Shown here: positions 1 to 8,712 of the stretch, one piece after another
How the letters are laid out: every line of letters starts with the position of its first letter
How positions within the stretch are numbered: the first letter of the stretch is position 1
NCBI GenBank assembly: GCA_007050995.1
Contig: VJOU01000001.1
Location: 134,391 to 158,390 of the forward strand
Direction of reading: 5' to 3'
Origin: Glycocaulis profundi
GTDB lineage: Bacteria > Pseudomonadota > Alphaproteobacteria > Caulobacterales > Maricaulaceae
Length of the DNA stretch: 24,000 nucleotides
Position numbers and translations under genes: made by a program
Notes under the pieces: generated by a model
Told to the model about the DNA's origin: nothing
Databases searched by the model: none
Seen by the model: only the letters and a program-made list of their open reading frames with translations

Positions 1-274
1 CCGGGGCGAGCGCCTGACCGAGCTGCTCAAGCAGCCCCAGTTCTCTCCGCTGTCGATGGAAGAGCAGGTCTGCGTCGTGTTCGCGGGCACCCGCGGCTAT
101 CTCGACAAGCTCGCGGTCCGGGACGTGGGCCGGTTCGAGAAGGAATTCCTTCAGCACCTGCACGGCGAGAAGGCCGCGCTGCTGGAGGCCATCCGCAACG
201 AGAAGAAGCTGTCCGACCAGTCCGAGGCCGAGCTGAAGGCGACCCTGGAAGCCTTCACCGCGCGCTTCGCGTAA
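1..274 (+). CDS. atpA: F0F1 ATP synthase subunit alpha, C-terminal fragment (5' end lies outside the window)
   Basis: The reading frame is open from the window edge (codons from nt 2). The translation [34 protein letters not shown]...[13 protein letters not shown] matches the conserved C-terminal domain of F1 alpha. TAA stop at 272-274. atpG, atpD and atpC follow directly. Confidence 0.93.
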   Translation, partial: RGERLTELLKQPQFSPLSMEEQVCVVFAGTRGYLDKLAVRDVGRFEKEFLQHLHGEKAALLEAIRNEKKLSDQSEAELKATLEAFTARFA

Positions 275-309
275 GTCGGGAACGAGCCTTCAAGGAGCGA
301 TAGCACGCC

Positions 310-1191
310 ATGGCGAGCCTCAAGGAGCTGCGGTCCCGGATTTCCTCGGTGAAGTCCACGCAGAAGATCACCAAGGCCATGCAGATGGTCGCCGCGGCGA
401 AACTGCGCCGCGCGCAGGACGCCGCCGAGGCCGCCCGTCCGTATGCCGAGAAGATGGCCGCGGTGATGGCGAACCTCGCCAACGCCGTGGTCGCGGGTCC
501 TGAAACCCCGATGCTGCTGACCGGCACGGGCAAGGACGAGGTCCGGCTGCTGATCGTGGCGGCGGCCGACCGGGGCCTGTGCGGCGGCTTCAACACCAAC
601 ATCGCGCGCCTGGCGCGCGAGCGCATCGCCGAGCTGACCCGTCAGGGCAAGACGGTGAAGGTCATCACGGTGGGCAAGAAGGGCTATGACCAGCTCAAGC
701 GCCTGCACGCCGACAAGGTGATCGAGCGCATCGAGCTGGGTCCGAAACTGGATGGCGCCCTGGCGGGCCGCGTGGGCGAGACCGTCCGCGCCCTGTTCGA
801 GGCGGGCGAGTTCGACTCCGCCGAAGTCATCAGCTCCGAGTTCGTGTCGGTGATCAGCCAGAAGCCCCGCGCCCAGGTGCTGATCCCCGCCAGCGAGGCG
901 ATCGACCCCGACGCGCCGCGCCCGGACCTGAAAGGCGCGATCTACGAGTACGAGCCCGACGAGGAGGCCATCCTCGCCGAGCTTCTGCCGCGCTATGTGG
1001 ACACGGTGATCCTGGCCGCGCTGCTGGAGAACGCGGCCGGCGAGATGGGCGCGCGGATGGCGGCGATGGACAACGCCACCCGCAATGCCGGCGAGCTGAT
1101 CGACAAGCTGAACCTTCAGTTCAACCGCACCCGTCAGGCGAAGATCACCACCGAGCTGACCGAGATCATCTCCGGCGCCGAGGCCGTCTAG
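310..1191 (+). CDS. atpG: F0F1 ATP synthase subunit gamma
   Basis: 293 aa. The N-terminus [36 protein letters not shown] and the C-terminus [22 protein letters not shown] are the hallmark conserved helices of F1 gamma. Canonical position between atpA and atpD. Confidence 0.97.
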   Translation: MASLKELRSRISSVKSTQKITKAMQMVAAAKLRRAQDAAEAARPYAEKMAAVMANLANAVVAGPETPMLLTGTGKDEVRLLIVAAADRGLCGGFNTNIARLARERIAELTRQGKTVKVITVGKKGYDQLKRLHADKVIERIELGPKLDGALAGRVGETVRALFEAGEFDSAEVISSEFVSVISQKPRAQVLIPASEAIDPDAPRPDLKGAIYEYEPDEEAILAELLPRYVDTVILAALLENAAGEMGARMAAMDNATRNAGELIDKLNLQFNRTRQAKITTELTEIISGAEAV

Positions 1192-1203
1192 GCCCGCGCC
1201 TGA

Positions 1204-2703
<1,500 letters not shown>

Positions 2704-2707
2704 GGCC

Positions 2708-2905
2708 GTGGCGGACAACCGCCCCGCTCTCAGGATCGAGGACTGCGTCAACGACGTGTGTCCCTGGTCCGGAGACCCGGTCAGCGCGGGTGCGCTGACC
2801 GTCTATCGCGGGGCGGTCGTGGGCTTCTGCAATCCCGGCTGCCGGGACAAATTCGAAGCGGCGACGGGCGCGTTCGACGCCGCGTTCGCCGCGAGGGACG
2901 ACTGA
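2708..2905 (+). CDS. Small (65 aa) four-cysteine protein, TRASH/YHS-like putative metal-binding domain; function unknown
   Basis: GTG start 4 nt after the atpD stop. Its TGA stop lies 1 nt before the atpC ATG. By hand count 57 of 65 codons end in G or C, like the neighbouring genes. Cys pattern C13-x4-C18-x22-C41-x3-C45, with CPWSGDPV...YRGAVVGFCNPGCRDKF resembling the YHS/TRASH signature (..G.PV....Y.G....FC...C...F). No homology search was possible. Confidence 0.6.
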   Translation: MADNRPALRIEDCVNDVCPWSGDPVSAGALTVYRGAVVGFCNPGCRDKFEAATGAFDAAFAARDD

Positions 2906-2906
2906 G

Positions 2907-3311
2907 ATGGCCGACAAGCTGCAATTCGATCTGGTCACGCCCGAGGCCCGCGTCTTCACCGGCGCGGTGGACATGGTCGTGGCGCCGGGCTCCGAAGGCG
3001 ATTTCGGCGTGCTGCCCGGCCACGCGCCGTTCATGACCACGATCCGCCCCGGCGCGATCGCCATCCATGACGACGGCAAGGTCAGCCGCACCTTCATCCA
3101 TGGCGGGTTCGCCGAGGTCACGCCCGCGGGCCTGACCATCCTCGCCGAGCAGGCCATCGCGCTGGCCGACGTGGACATAGCGAAGGTCAAGGCCGAGCTC
3201 GAAGAGGCTCGCCTGAACGCCCGCGACGCCGCGTCCGAAGCGGATCGCCGCATCGCCGAGGCCGAGGTGGAGAAGCTCGAAGCGCTGATCCAGGCCGTCG
3301 AGACCGTCTGA
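2907..3311 (+). CDS. atpC: F0F1 ATP synthase subunit epsilon
   Basis: 134 aa. LQFDLVTPEARVFTGAVDMVVAPGSEGDFGVLPGHAPFMTTIRPG is the conserved epsilon beta-sandwich, followed by a C-terminal helical hairpin. GAGGGA Shine-Dalgarno lies upstream. Last gene of the operon, followed by a terminator. Confidence 0.95.
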   Translation: MADKLQFDLVTPEARVFTGAVDMVVAPGSEGDFGVLPGHAPFMTTIRPGAIAIHDDGKVSRTFIHGGFAEVTPAGLTILAEQAIALADVDIAKVKAELEEARLNARDAASEADRRIAEAEVEKLEALIQAVETV

Positions 3312-3339
3312 CGCCTGCCCCAGGCTCTGAACGATGAAG

Positions 3340-3368
3340 CGCCGCCCCACGGGGCGGCGTTTTCGGTT
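3340..3368 (+). terminator. Rho-independent terminator of the atp operon (may also serve convergent rppH)
   Basis: CGCCGCC(C) at 3340-3347 pairs with (G)GGCGGCG at 3352-3359 around a CACG-type loop. TTTTCGGTTT follows immediately. It lies 29 nt after the atpC stop and ends next to the rppH stop on the other strand. Confidence 0.75.
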
Positions 3369-3848
3369 TCAGCCCGCGAACCGCTCGAACCGTTCCGCCA
3401 CCGCCTCGTAAACGGGGCGCTTCCACGGGATGATGAGGGCGGGAACGCGCTCCAGCCTCTCCCAGCGGAAGGCCTCGAACTCCTGGGGCGGGACGGCGGC
3501 GAGGTCGAAATCGGCGTCCGTGCCCAGATAGCGCGCGGCGAACCATTTCTGCTTCTGGCCCGCCCAGTCGTTTTTCCGGCGCTGGGCCAGCACTTCGGGC
3601 GGGAAATCGTAATGCAGCCAGCCGGACGTGGCGTCGATGATCTCGACCAGCTCGGGGCGGATGCCGGTCTCCTCGTGCAGTTCGCGCAGGGCGGCCTGTT
3701 CAGGGTCCTCGCCCGCGTCCATGCCCCCCTGCGGCCACTGCCAGCGCCAGGGGCCGGCCTGCCGGTAGCGGCGGCCGATCCAGGTCAGCCCGTGCGGGTC
3801 GAACAGGACCACGCCGGCATTGGGACGATAGAGCGAGAGGTCCGTCAC
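3369..3848 (-). CDS. rppH: RNA pyrophosphohydrolase (Nudix hydrolase RppH/NudH)
   Basis: 159 aa. Nudix box GGMDAGEDPEQAALRELHEETGI (GX5EX7REUXEEXGU). N-terminal YRPNAGVVLF and the WQWPQGG context are typical of RppH. The GTG start overlaps the upstream gene stop (GTGA). Confidence 0.9.
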   Translation of the reverse strand: MTDLSLYRPNAGVVLFDPHGLTWIGRRYRQAGPWRWQWPQGGMDAGEDPEQAALRELHEETGIRPELVEIIDATSGWLHYDFPPEVLAQRRKNDWAGQKQKWFAARYLGTDADFDLAAVPPQEFEAFRWERLERVPALIIPWKRPVYEAVAERFERFAG

Positions 3849-5020
3849 GAGCCCCGGCCCGAGCGCTCCGCCCGGACGCGATGGACGTGGGAGGCGGGCA
3901 CGATCTGATAGCCGGTGGCCTCCACCTCGCGGGACCAGGCCGCCAGCGTGTCGATGGCGGCGGGGAAGGCGAAGGCCGAGCCCAGCGCGTGGCCGTTCTG
4001 AAGCGCGACGGCCTCCAGCTCGATCAGCCGCTCGGTGATCTGGGCGGGGGTGGGGTCGGCGTCCAGGATGCGGTCGGCGATGGCGATGGGCACGTCGCTG
4101 CGCTGGCTGGCCTCGGCCAGCCCGCCCCGCCGTCCCTCGCCGTCATGGAAGACGGCCAGACCTCGCCGCTCCAGCCGCTCCAGGATGATCGCCATCGGCC
4201 CGGCCTCTCCGGTCAGGCGCGCGCCGAGATAGTTGGTCACGCCGAAATAGCCCTGCGCGCGCGAGAGCAGCCATTCCAGCCGCCGCGCGTTCTCCGCCTC
4301 GCCCGCCTCGACCAGCAGGGTGTGCGGCCCGGGATCGTTGGCCGGATAGTCGAACGGCTCCATGGGCAGCTCTATCAGCACCTCGTGACCGGCCAGCCGC
4401 GCCCGGTCGATCCAGTCCTGCAGATCGCGCGCATAGGGCACGAAGGACAGGGTGATCTCCGCGGGCAGGCGCTCGATGGCCTGATCGGTCAGGCTTTCCG
4501 ACACGCCCAGACCCCCGACCACGATGGCGATCTTGGGCCGGTTGGGCTCGGCGGCGAAGCTGCGGGCGTAGGCGCGCGAGGGGCGCAGGCCGTCATCGCC
4601 GATGCGAGGAAGAGGGCCGTCCGCGCCCGGCTCGATCAGGCTTTCATTGCGCAGCGATGCGCGGCGCATGGCGCGCGCGGCGTTCGAATTGGGCGGGGGC
4701 TGGACCTCGCCGCCCAGTTGCTCGCCCTCGCTGACGCCGGGCAGGCTGGCGCCCTCTCCATCGGCGAAGACCGGCTCGAACTCCGGGGCGGGAGCCTCGG
4801 CATAGACCAGCACCTGTCCGGGCGGGGTGGGCTCGATCACGACCGGCTCGGGCGCGGGGGGAGCCTCGACGAAGGCCCGCGCGCCCACCGGCTCGCTCCC
4901 GGTCTCGCCCATGACGGCCAGCGCGCCGATCCCGGCAGCGCACAACAGCGCGGCGCACAGGCCCGCGATCAGGGGCTTTTTCAGCGGCGAGGAGGTGTCG
5001 GGGCGGCGGGCCATGGGCAT
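3845..5020 (-). CDS. Divergent polysaccharide deacetylase family protein (YibQ-like), N-terminal membrane anchor plus Pro-rich linker
   Basis: 391 aa. Hydrophobic segment LIAGLCAALLCAAGIGALAV. The C-terminal domain PKIAIVVGGLGVSESLTDQAIERLPAEITLSFVPYARDLQDWIDRARLAGHEVLIELPMEPFDYPANDPGPHTLL matches the YibQ family as I recall it. Canonical position after ctpA. Confidence 0.85.
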   Translation of the reverse strand: MPMARRPDTSSPLKKPLIAGLCAALLCAAGIGALAVMGETGSEPVGARAFVEAPPAPEPVVIEPTPPGQVLVYAEAPAPEFEPVFADGEGASLPGVSEGEQLGGEVQPPPNSNAARAMRRASLRNESLIEPGADGPLPRIGDDGLRPSRAYARSFAAEPNRPKIAIVVGGLGVSESLTDQAIERLPAEITLSFVPYARDLQDWIDRARLAGHEVLIELPMEPFDYPANDPGPHTLLVEAGEAENARRLEWLLSRAQGYFGVTNYLGARLTGEAGPMAIILERLERRGLAVFHDGEGRRGGLAEASQRSDVPIAIADRILDADPTPAQITERLIELEAVALQNGHALGSAFAFPAAIDTLAAWSREVEATGYQIVPASHVHRVRAERSGRGS

Positions 5021-5113
5021 GTCCGGCAGGGGCGAATCAGAATGCGCCCATCATGCTTGGCGGCTCGCGGGTAAGGAAAGGTTAACGATAGGGGCGACGG
5101 GCTGCAGGAAACT

Positions 5114-5143
5114 CTGTTCCTCCCCCTGCAGGGGGAGGAACAG
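5114..5143. repeat. Perfect 30-bp palindrome CTGTTCCTCCCCCTGCAGGGGGAGGAACAG in the ctpA/YibQ-like intergenic region
   Basis: Verified base by base: the sequence equals its own reverse complement. It could form a hairpin with a stem of about 13 bp. It lies 21 nt downstream of the ctpA stop on the minus strand and has no strong T-tract. Confidence 0.9.
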
Positions 5144-5163
5144 GGCCCTGGTCGGATAGCCCC

Positions 5164-6465
5164 CTACCGGTCCAGCATCGCCTGGCGGCGTTCCATCATC
5201 GGCTTGAGGATGTCCATGGCGCGGTGGAGCTGGAAGTCCTCGCCGTCCTCCCAGTCCTCGGGCGGCTGCTCGGCCTCGCGCTGCTCCTCGTCGCGGTCGA
5301 CCACCTCGTCATTGGCCAGCGCATTGCGCAGATTGCGCTCGGTGAAGGCGGAGGGGCGGTCGGGGTCGAGACGGCGGTGGGAGATCAGGATGTCCGGCTC
5401 GATGCCGGTGGCCTGGATGGAGCGGCCCGCGGGCGTGTAGTAGCGCGCGGTGGTCAGGCGCAGGGCGCCGTCCCGGCCGCCGCGCAGCGGGATCACGGTC
5501 TGCATGGAGCCTTTGCCGAAGCTGGTCATGCCCACGACGGTCGCCCGCTCGCGGTCCTGCAGGGCGCCGGTGACAATCTCGGACGCGCTGGCCGAGCCCT
5601 GGTTGATCAGGATCACGATGGGCGCGCCGTTGGTGATGTCGCCGGGGCGGGCGTTGTAGCGCTGGGTCTCGCGCGGGTCGCGGCCGCGGGTGGAGACCAC
5701 CTCGCCGCCGTCAAGGAACAGGTCGGACACGGTCACCGACTGGTCCAGAAGCCCGCCGGGATTGGAGCGCATGTCCAGGATCAGGCCCGGCAGGGCGCCG
5801 CCGCTCAGCTCCTTGAGCTCCTCGATGGCGCGGGCGACGTTCTCGGTGGTGTGCTCGTTGAAGGTGGTGATGCGGATGTAAGGGATGTCGTCCGTTTCCA
5901 TCCGGGACACCACCGAGCGCAGCTCGATGATCTCGCGCACGATGGTCACGTCGAACGGATCCTCGCCCTCGCGCGCGATGGTCACGGTCACCGCCTCGCC
6001 CGCCGGGCCGCGCATGCGCTCGACCGCGGCGTCCACGCCCGCGCCGACCATGGATTCGCCGTCCACCGCGATGATGGCGTCGCCCGGCTCCAGGCCCGCG
6101 CGTTCCGCCGGGGTGTCGGCGATGGGCGCGATCACCACGACCACGTCGTCGCGCATGGAGACCTCGAGGCCCACGCCGCCATACTCGCCGCGGGTGGCGG
6201 TCTGCATGTCGCGGAAGCTGTCGGGGCTGAGATAGGCCGAGTGCGGATCCAGCGAGGTCAGCATGCCGCCGATGGCGTTCTCGATCAGCTCGGCCTTGTC
6301 CACGTCGGAAACGTAATCGCTCTCGATGCGGCTGAGCACGTCGCCGAAGAGTTCGAGCTGGCGGAAGGTGGCCTCCCGGGCGCGGTCATCCCCTTGCGCG
6401 GAAACGGCGAGCGCTGCGGCCCCGATACCGAAGGCGAGCGCGGAAGCGACAATGTGAAGGCGCAT
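5164..6465 (-). CDS. ctpA: Carboxy-terminal processing protease, S41 family (PDZ domain)
   Basis: I take the start at the internal ATG (6463-6465), giving MRLHIVASALAFGIGAAALAVSAQG, a signal peptide preceded by a GGAAAGGA Shine-Dalgarno. The 63 upstream codons of the track ORF overlap the preceding gene and are Arg-rich noise. PDZ motif GLEPGDAIIAVDG. S41 blocks NQGSASASEIVTGALQD and TSFGKGSMQ. Confidence 0.9.
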   Translation of the reverse strand: MRLHIVASALAFGIGAAALAVSAQGDDRAREATFRQLELFGDVLSRIESDYVSDVDKAELIENAIGGMLTSLDPHSAYLSPDSFRDMQTATRGEYGGVGLEVSMRDDVVVVIAPIADTPAERAGLEPGDAIIAVDGESMVGAGVDAAVERMRGPAGEAVTVTIAREGEDPFDVTIVREIIELRSVVSRMETDDIPYIRITTFNEHTTENVARAIEELKELSGGALPGLILDMRSNPGGLLDQSVTVSDLFLDGGEVVSTRGRDPRETQRYNARPGDITNGAPIVILINQGSASASEIVTGALQDRERATVVGMTSFGKGSMQTVIPLRGGRDGALRLTTARYYTPAGRSIQATGIEPDILISHRRLDPDRPSAFTERNLRNALANDEVVDRDEEQREAEQPPEDWEDGEDFQLHRAMDILKPMMERRQAMLDR

Positions 6466-6502
6466 GCGGTTTCGTCCTTTCCTCGCGCGGCGCGCAAGAT
6501 GT

Positions 6503-7786
6503 TCAGCCCTGTCGGTGCTCCGGCCTGAGCCACTGTTCGGGGTCCTCCGCCTGATCGGAGTTCCGCCGTATCTCGAAGTAGAGCCGTGCCGTCTCTCCGT
6601 CCGGCAGGGCGCCCACGGGCTCTCCGGCCAGCACCGACTGGCCCTCGGATGCATATAAAAGACCTATGCCGCCGAGGATCAAAGTGTATCCGTCAGGTGT
6701 GTTGATCATCAAGACGGCGTCGAAGCTCTGAAATTCACCTGCGAACACGACCATGCCATCGAACGGCGCCACGACTTGGGCGCCCGGACGGTTCTCGAAC
6801 CACACGCCCTGACGGGTCTGTCCGTCCGGCCCGCGCTCGTTCGCCCGCGTGATCATCCGCCCGCCCGCAGGCGCGATCAGGCGGCCCCGGGCGTCTGAAA
6901 AGCGCAGTGTTTCCGTGGGGTTGGTCGAAGGAAGGGCAGCGAGCAGCGCGCCCGCCTCGGCCGGTTCGGCCCGGGGGGGCTTCAGGCGCGGCACGGGGCC
7001 GGCCTCGCCGTCCCCGGCTTCGGCGGTCCGCACAGGCGGCGCGGCGGGTTCGCGGTCGGGCCGTCCGGGCGCGAGACGCGGCTCGGTTTCGGCGAACCGC
7101 CTTATGTCGATCAACAAATCGCGAAGGCTCTCCGCGCGCGAGGCGATCCGGGCGGCCTCGCTGGACAGGTCGTCCGCTTCGGCCCGCAGCCGCCGCTCGG
7201 CGTCCCGTCGCTCGGCGATCAGGGCTTCGAGCTCCTCGCGGGTCGACGACAGGGTGGATTGGGCGACCGAGACCGTCTCGCGCTGGCCGGTCAGCTCCTC
7301 GCGCAGCGTGCGCAGCTCATCCAGGCTGGCCTGCACGGCGTTCGCCCGGCGTTCGAGCTGGGGCGCGATGTTCGCCAGCAGGCCCGCCGCGCGGGCGGCC
7401 TCGGCGGCGTCGGCTGGGTTGGCGGCCAGAGCGGGCGGCGCGCCCAGCTCGATCCGCTGCAGGGCGGCGAGCACGTGGGCGAGGCTGTCGCGCTCGGCGG
7501 CGAGGCGTTCGAGCAGCAGCGCCTCGTTGTCCTCGAGCTCCATCAGCCGGGCTTCGGCGAAACCGGCTTCGGTCTCGCGCGCCCGCACCCGCTCGGCGGC
7601 CTGGACCAGCCGCGACTGCAGCTCGGCGATCTCGGCGGCCAGCGCGTCGGCCTCGGCCTCGCGCGCTTCGGCGTCCGCGCGCGCCTGCTCAGCCTCCTCG
7701 GCCAGCCGTTCGATCTCGATGGGATCGGGCTCGGCCTCGGGGGGCGGCGCGTCCTGCATGATCAGAGCGGCGAGAAGTGCGATCAC
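6503..7786 (-). CDS. EnvC-like murein hydrolase activator: coiled-coil protein with a degenerate (probably non-catalytic) LytM/M23 domain
   Basis: 427 aa. Long Ala/Glu/Arg/Leu heptad-like region, Pro-rich linker, and a C-terminal LytM fold (APFDGMVVFAGEF...GYTLILGG...GEPVG). The metal-ligand motifs are replaced: RLYFEIR stands where active enzymes have HLHFE, and there is no HxxxD. GTG start 1 nt after the rlmH stop. Confidence 0.85.
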   Translation of the reverse strand: MIALLAALIMQDAPPPEAEPDPIEIERLAEEAEQARADAEAREAEADALAAEIAELQSRLVQAAERVRARETEAGFAEARLMELEDNEALLLERLAAERDSLAHVLAALQRIELGAPPALAANPADAAEAARAAGLLANIAPQLERRANAVQASLDELRTLREELTGQRETVSVAQSTLSSTREELEALIAERRDAERRLRAEADDLSSEAARIASRAESLRDLLIDIRRFAETEPRLAPGRPDREPAAPPVRTAEAGDGEAGPVPRLKPPRAEPAEAGALLAALPSTNPTETLRFSDARGRLIAPAGGRMITRANERGPDGQTRQGVWFENRPGAQVVAPFDGMVVFAGEFQSFDAVLMINTPDGYTLILGGIGLLYASEGQSVLAGEPVGALPDGETARLYFEIRRNSDQAEDPEQWLRPEHRQG

Positions 7787-7787
7787 G

Positions 7788-8258
7788 TCAGTCCCGGTGA
7801 TAGGGCGCGCCCGCCATCAGCGACACGGCGCGGTAAAGCTGCTCGGCCAGCATGACCCGGACCAGCTTGTGCGGCCAGACCATCGTGCCGAAACTCAGCA
7901 GGCGGGTTCCCTGGGGCAGGGCGGCGCGGTCCATTCCGTCCGCCCCGCCGATCAGGAACACCATGTCGCGGGCGCCGTCGTCGCGCTGGCGGGCGATCAT
8001 GTCGGCGAACTGGCGCGAGGTCATCGCCCTGCCGCGCTCGTCCAGCGCGATCACCGCCGCGCCGGGCGGCAGGGAGTCGACGAGGGCGGCGGTCTCGGCG
8101 GCCTTGCCCGAAAGGCCGCGACCGTCGATCTCGCGCTCGGCGAAGGCGGGCAGGCCCAGCGCCCGGCCCTGGCCCTCGGCCCGGCGCAGATAATCGTCGG
8201 TCATCTCGCGCTCAGGGCCGGACTTCACCCGTCCGATGGCGCGGATCTCGATGCGCAA
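7788..8258 (-). CDS. rlmH: 23S rRNA (pseudouridine1915-N3)-methyltransferase RlmH (SPOUT)
   Basis: 156 aa. The C-terminal LSFGTMVWPHKLVRVMLAEQLYRAVSLMAGAPYHRD is the RlmH signature. TTG start with GAGG about 9 nt upstream. Canonical position after rsfS. Confidence 0.93.
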   Translation of the reverse strand: MRIEIRAIGRVKSGPEREMTDDYLRRAEGQGRALGLPAFAEREIDGRGLSGKAAETAALVDSLPPGAAVIALDERGRAMTSRQFADMIARQRDDGARDMVFLIGGADGMDRAALPQGTRLLSFGTMVWPHKLVRVMLAEQLYRAVSLMAGAPYHRD

Positions 8259-8268
8259 GCGAAATGCC

Positions 8269-8712
8269 TCAGGCCGAGCCTTCGGGCGAGGCGGACCACA
8301 TCTTCTCCAGATCGTAGAAGGCGCGGACCTCGGGCCGGAACAGATGGATGACCACGTCGCCCGCGTCGATCAGAACCCAGTCGCACGTGTTCAGGCCCTC
8401 CACCTTGGGAGTGCCGTGCCCGGCGTCCTTGATCTTTCGGATGACGTGGTCGGCGATCGCGCCCACATGCCGGTTGGACCGGCCCGAGGCGACGACCATG
8501 AAATCGGTGACGGAGGATTTGCCCGCGAGATCGATGGACACGATGTCCTCGGCCTTGTCGTCTTCGAGGGCGGTGATGATGAGGCCCTCCAGGGCCTCGC
8601 TGCCGCCCATCCCTTCCGGGCGTTCGCCGGAGGACTGGGATTTGCGGCTCTGCAGTTCGATCGACAGCTTGGGAGCTCCTTTTTGCGCGTTCACCATGAC
8701 CGAACCTATCAT
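8269..8712 (-). CDS. rsfS: Ribosome silencing factor RsfS
   Basis: Core KAEDIVSIDLAGKSSVTDFMVVASGRSNRHVGAIADHVIRKIK...WVLIDAGDVVIHLFRPEVRAFYDLEKMW matches RsfS/iojap. The start is ambiguous: ATG at 8712 overlaps the upstream stop (ATGA) and gives an N-terminal extension of about 35 aa. In-frame ATGs at 8697 and 8610 are alternatives. Confidence 0.88.
   Translation of the reverse strand: MIGSVMVNAQKGAPKLSIELQSRKSQSSGERPEGMGGSEALEGLIITALEDDKAEDIVSIDLAGKSSVTDFMVVASGRSNRHVGAIADHVIRKIKDAGHGTPKVEGLNTCDWVLIDAGDVVIHLFRPEVRAFYDLEKMWSASPEGSA

Noticed and set aside
2758-3036. 92-aa plus-strand ORF overlapping the small Cys4 ORF and the start of atpC
   Set aside because: It is out of frame with both neighbours and runs through the well-supported atpC start. 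Its composition is Arg/Ser/Pro-rich, with no motif. The alternative 2708-2905 frame has the GC3 bias and coupling signals.
3881-5074. 397-aa plus-strand ORF
   Set aside because: It is antisense to the YibQ-like deacetylase-family gene, which has recognisable conserved blocks. Its composition is Gly/Arg/Ala-rich, typical of shadow ORFs.
5224-6654. 434-aa plus-strand ORF, and the 63-codon N-terminal extension of the ctpA track ORF (6466-6654)
   Set aside because: The plus-strand ORF is antisense to ctpA. The extension overlaps the 3' end of the EnvC-like gene, is Arg/Ser/Pro-rich, and precedes a perfectly good ATG with a Shine-Dalgarno and signal peptide at 6465.
6849-8351. 500-aa and 284-aa plus-strand ORFs extremely rich in Ser/Ala/Arg
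   Set aside because: They are antisense to the EnvC-like coiled-coil gene and rlmH. The low-complexity repeats simply mirror the Ala/Glu/Arg/Leu coiled-coil codons on the other strand.
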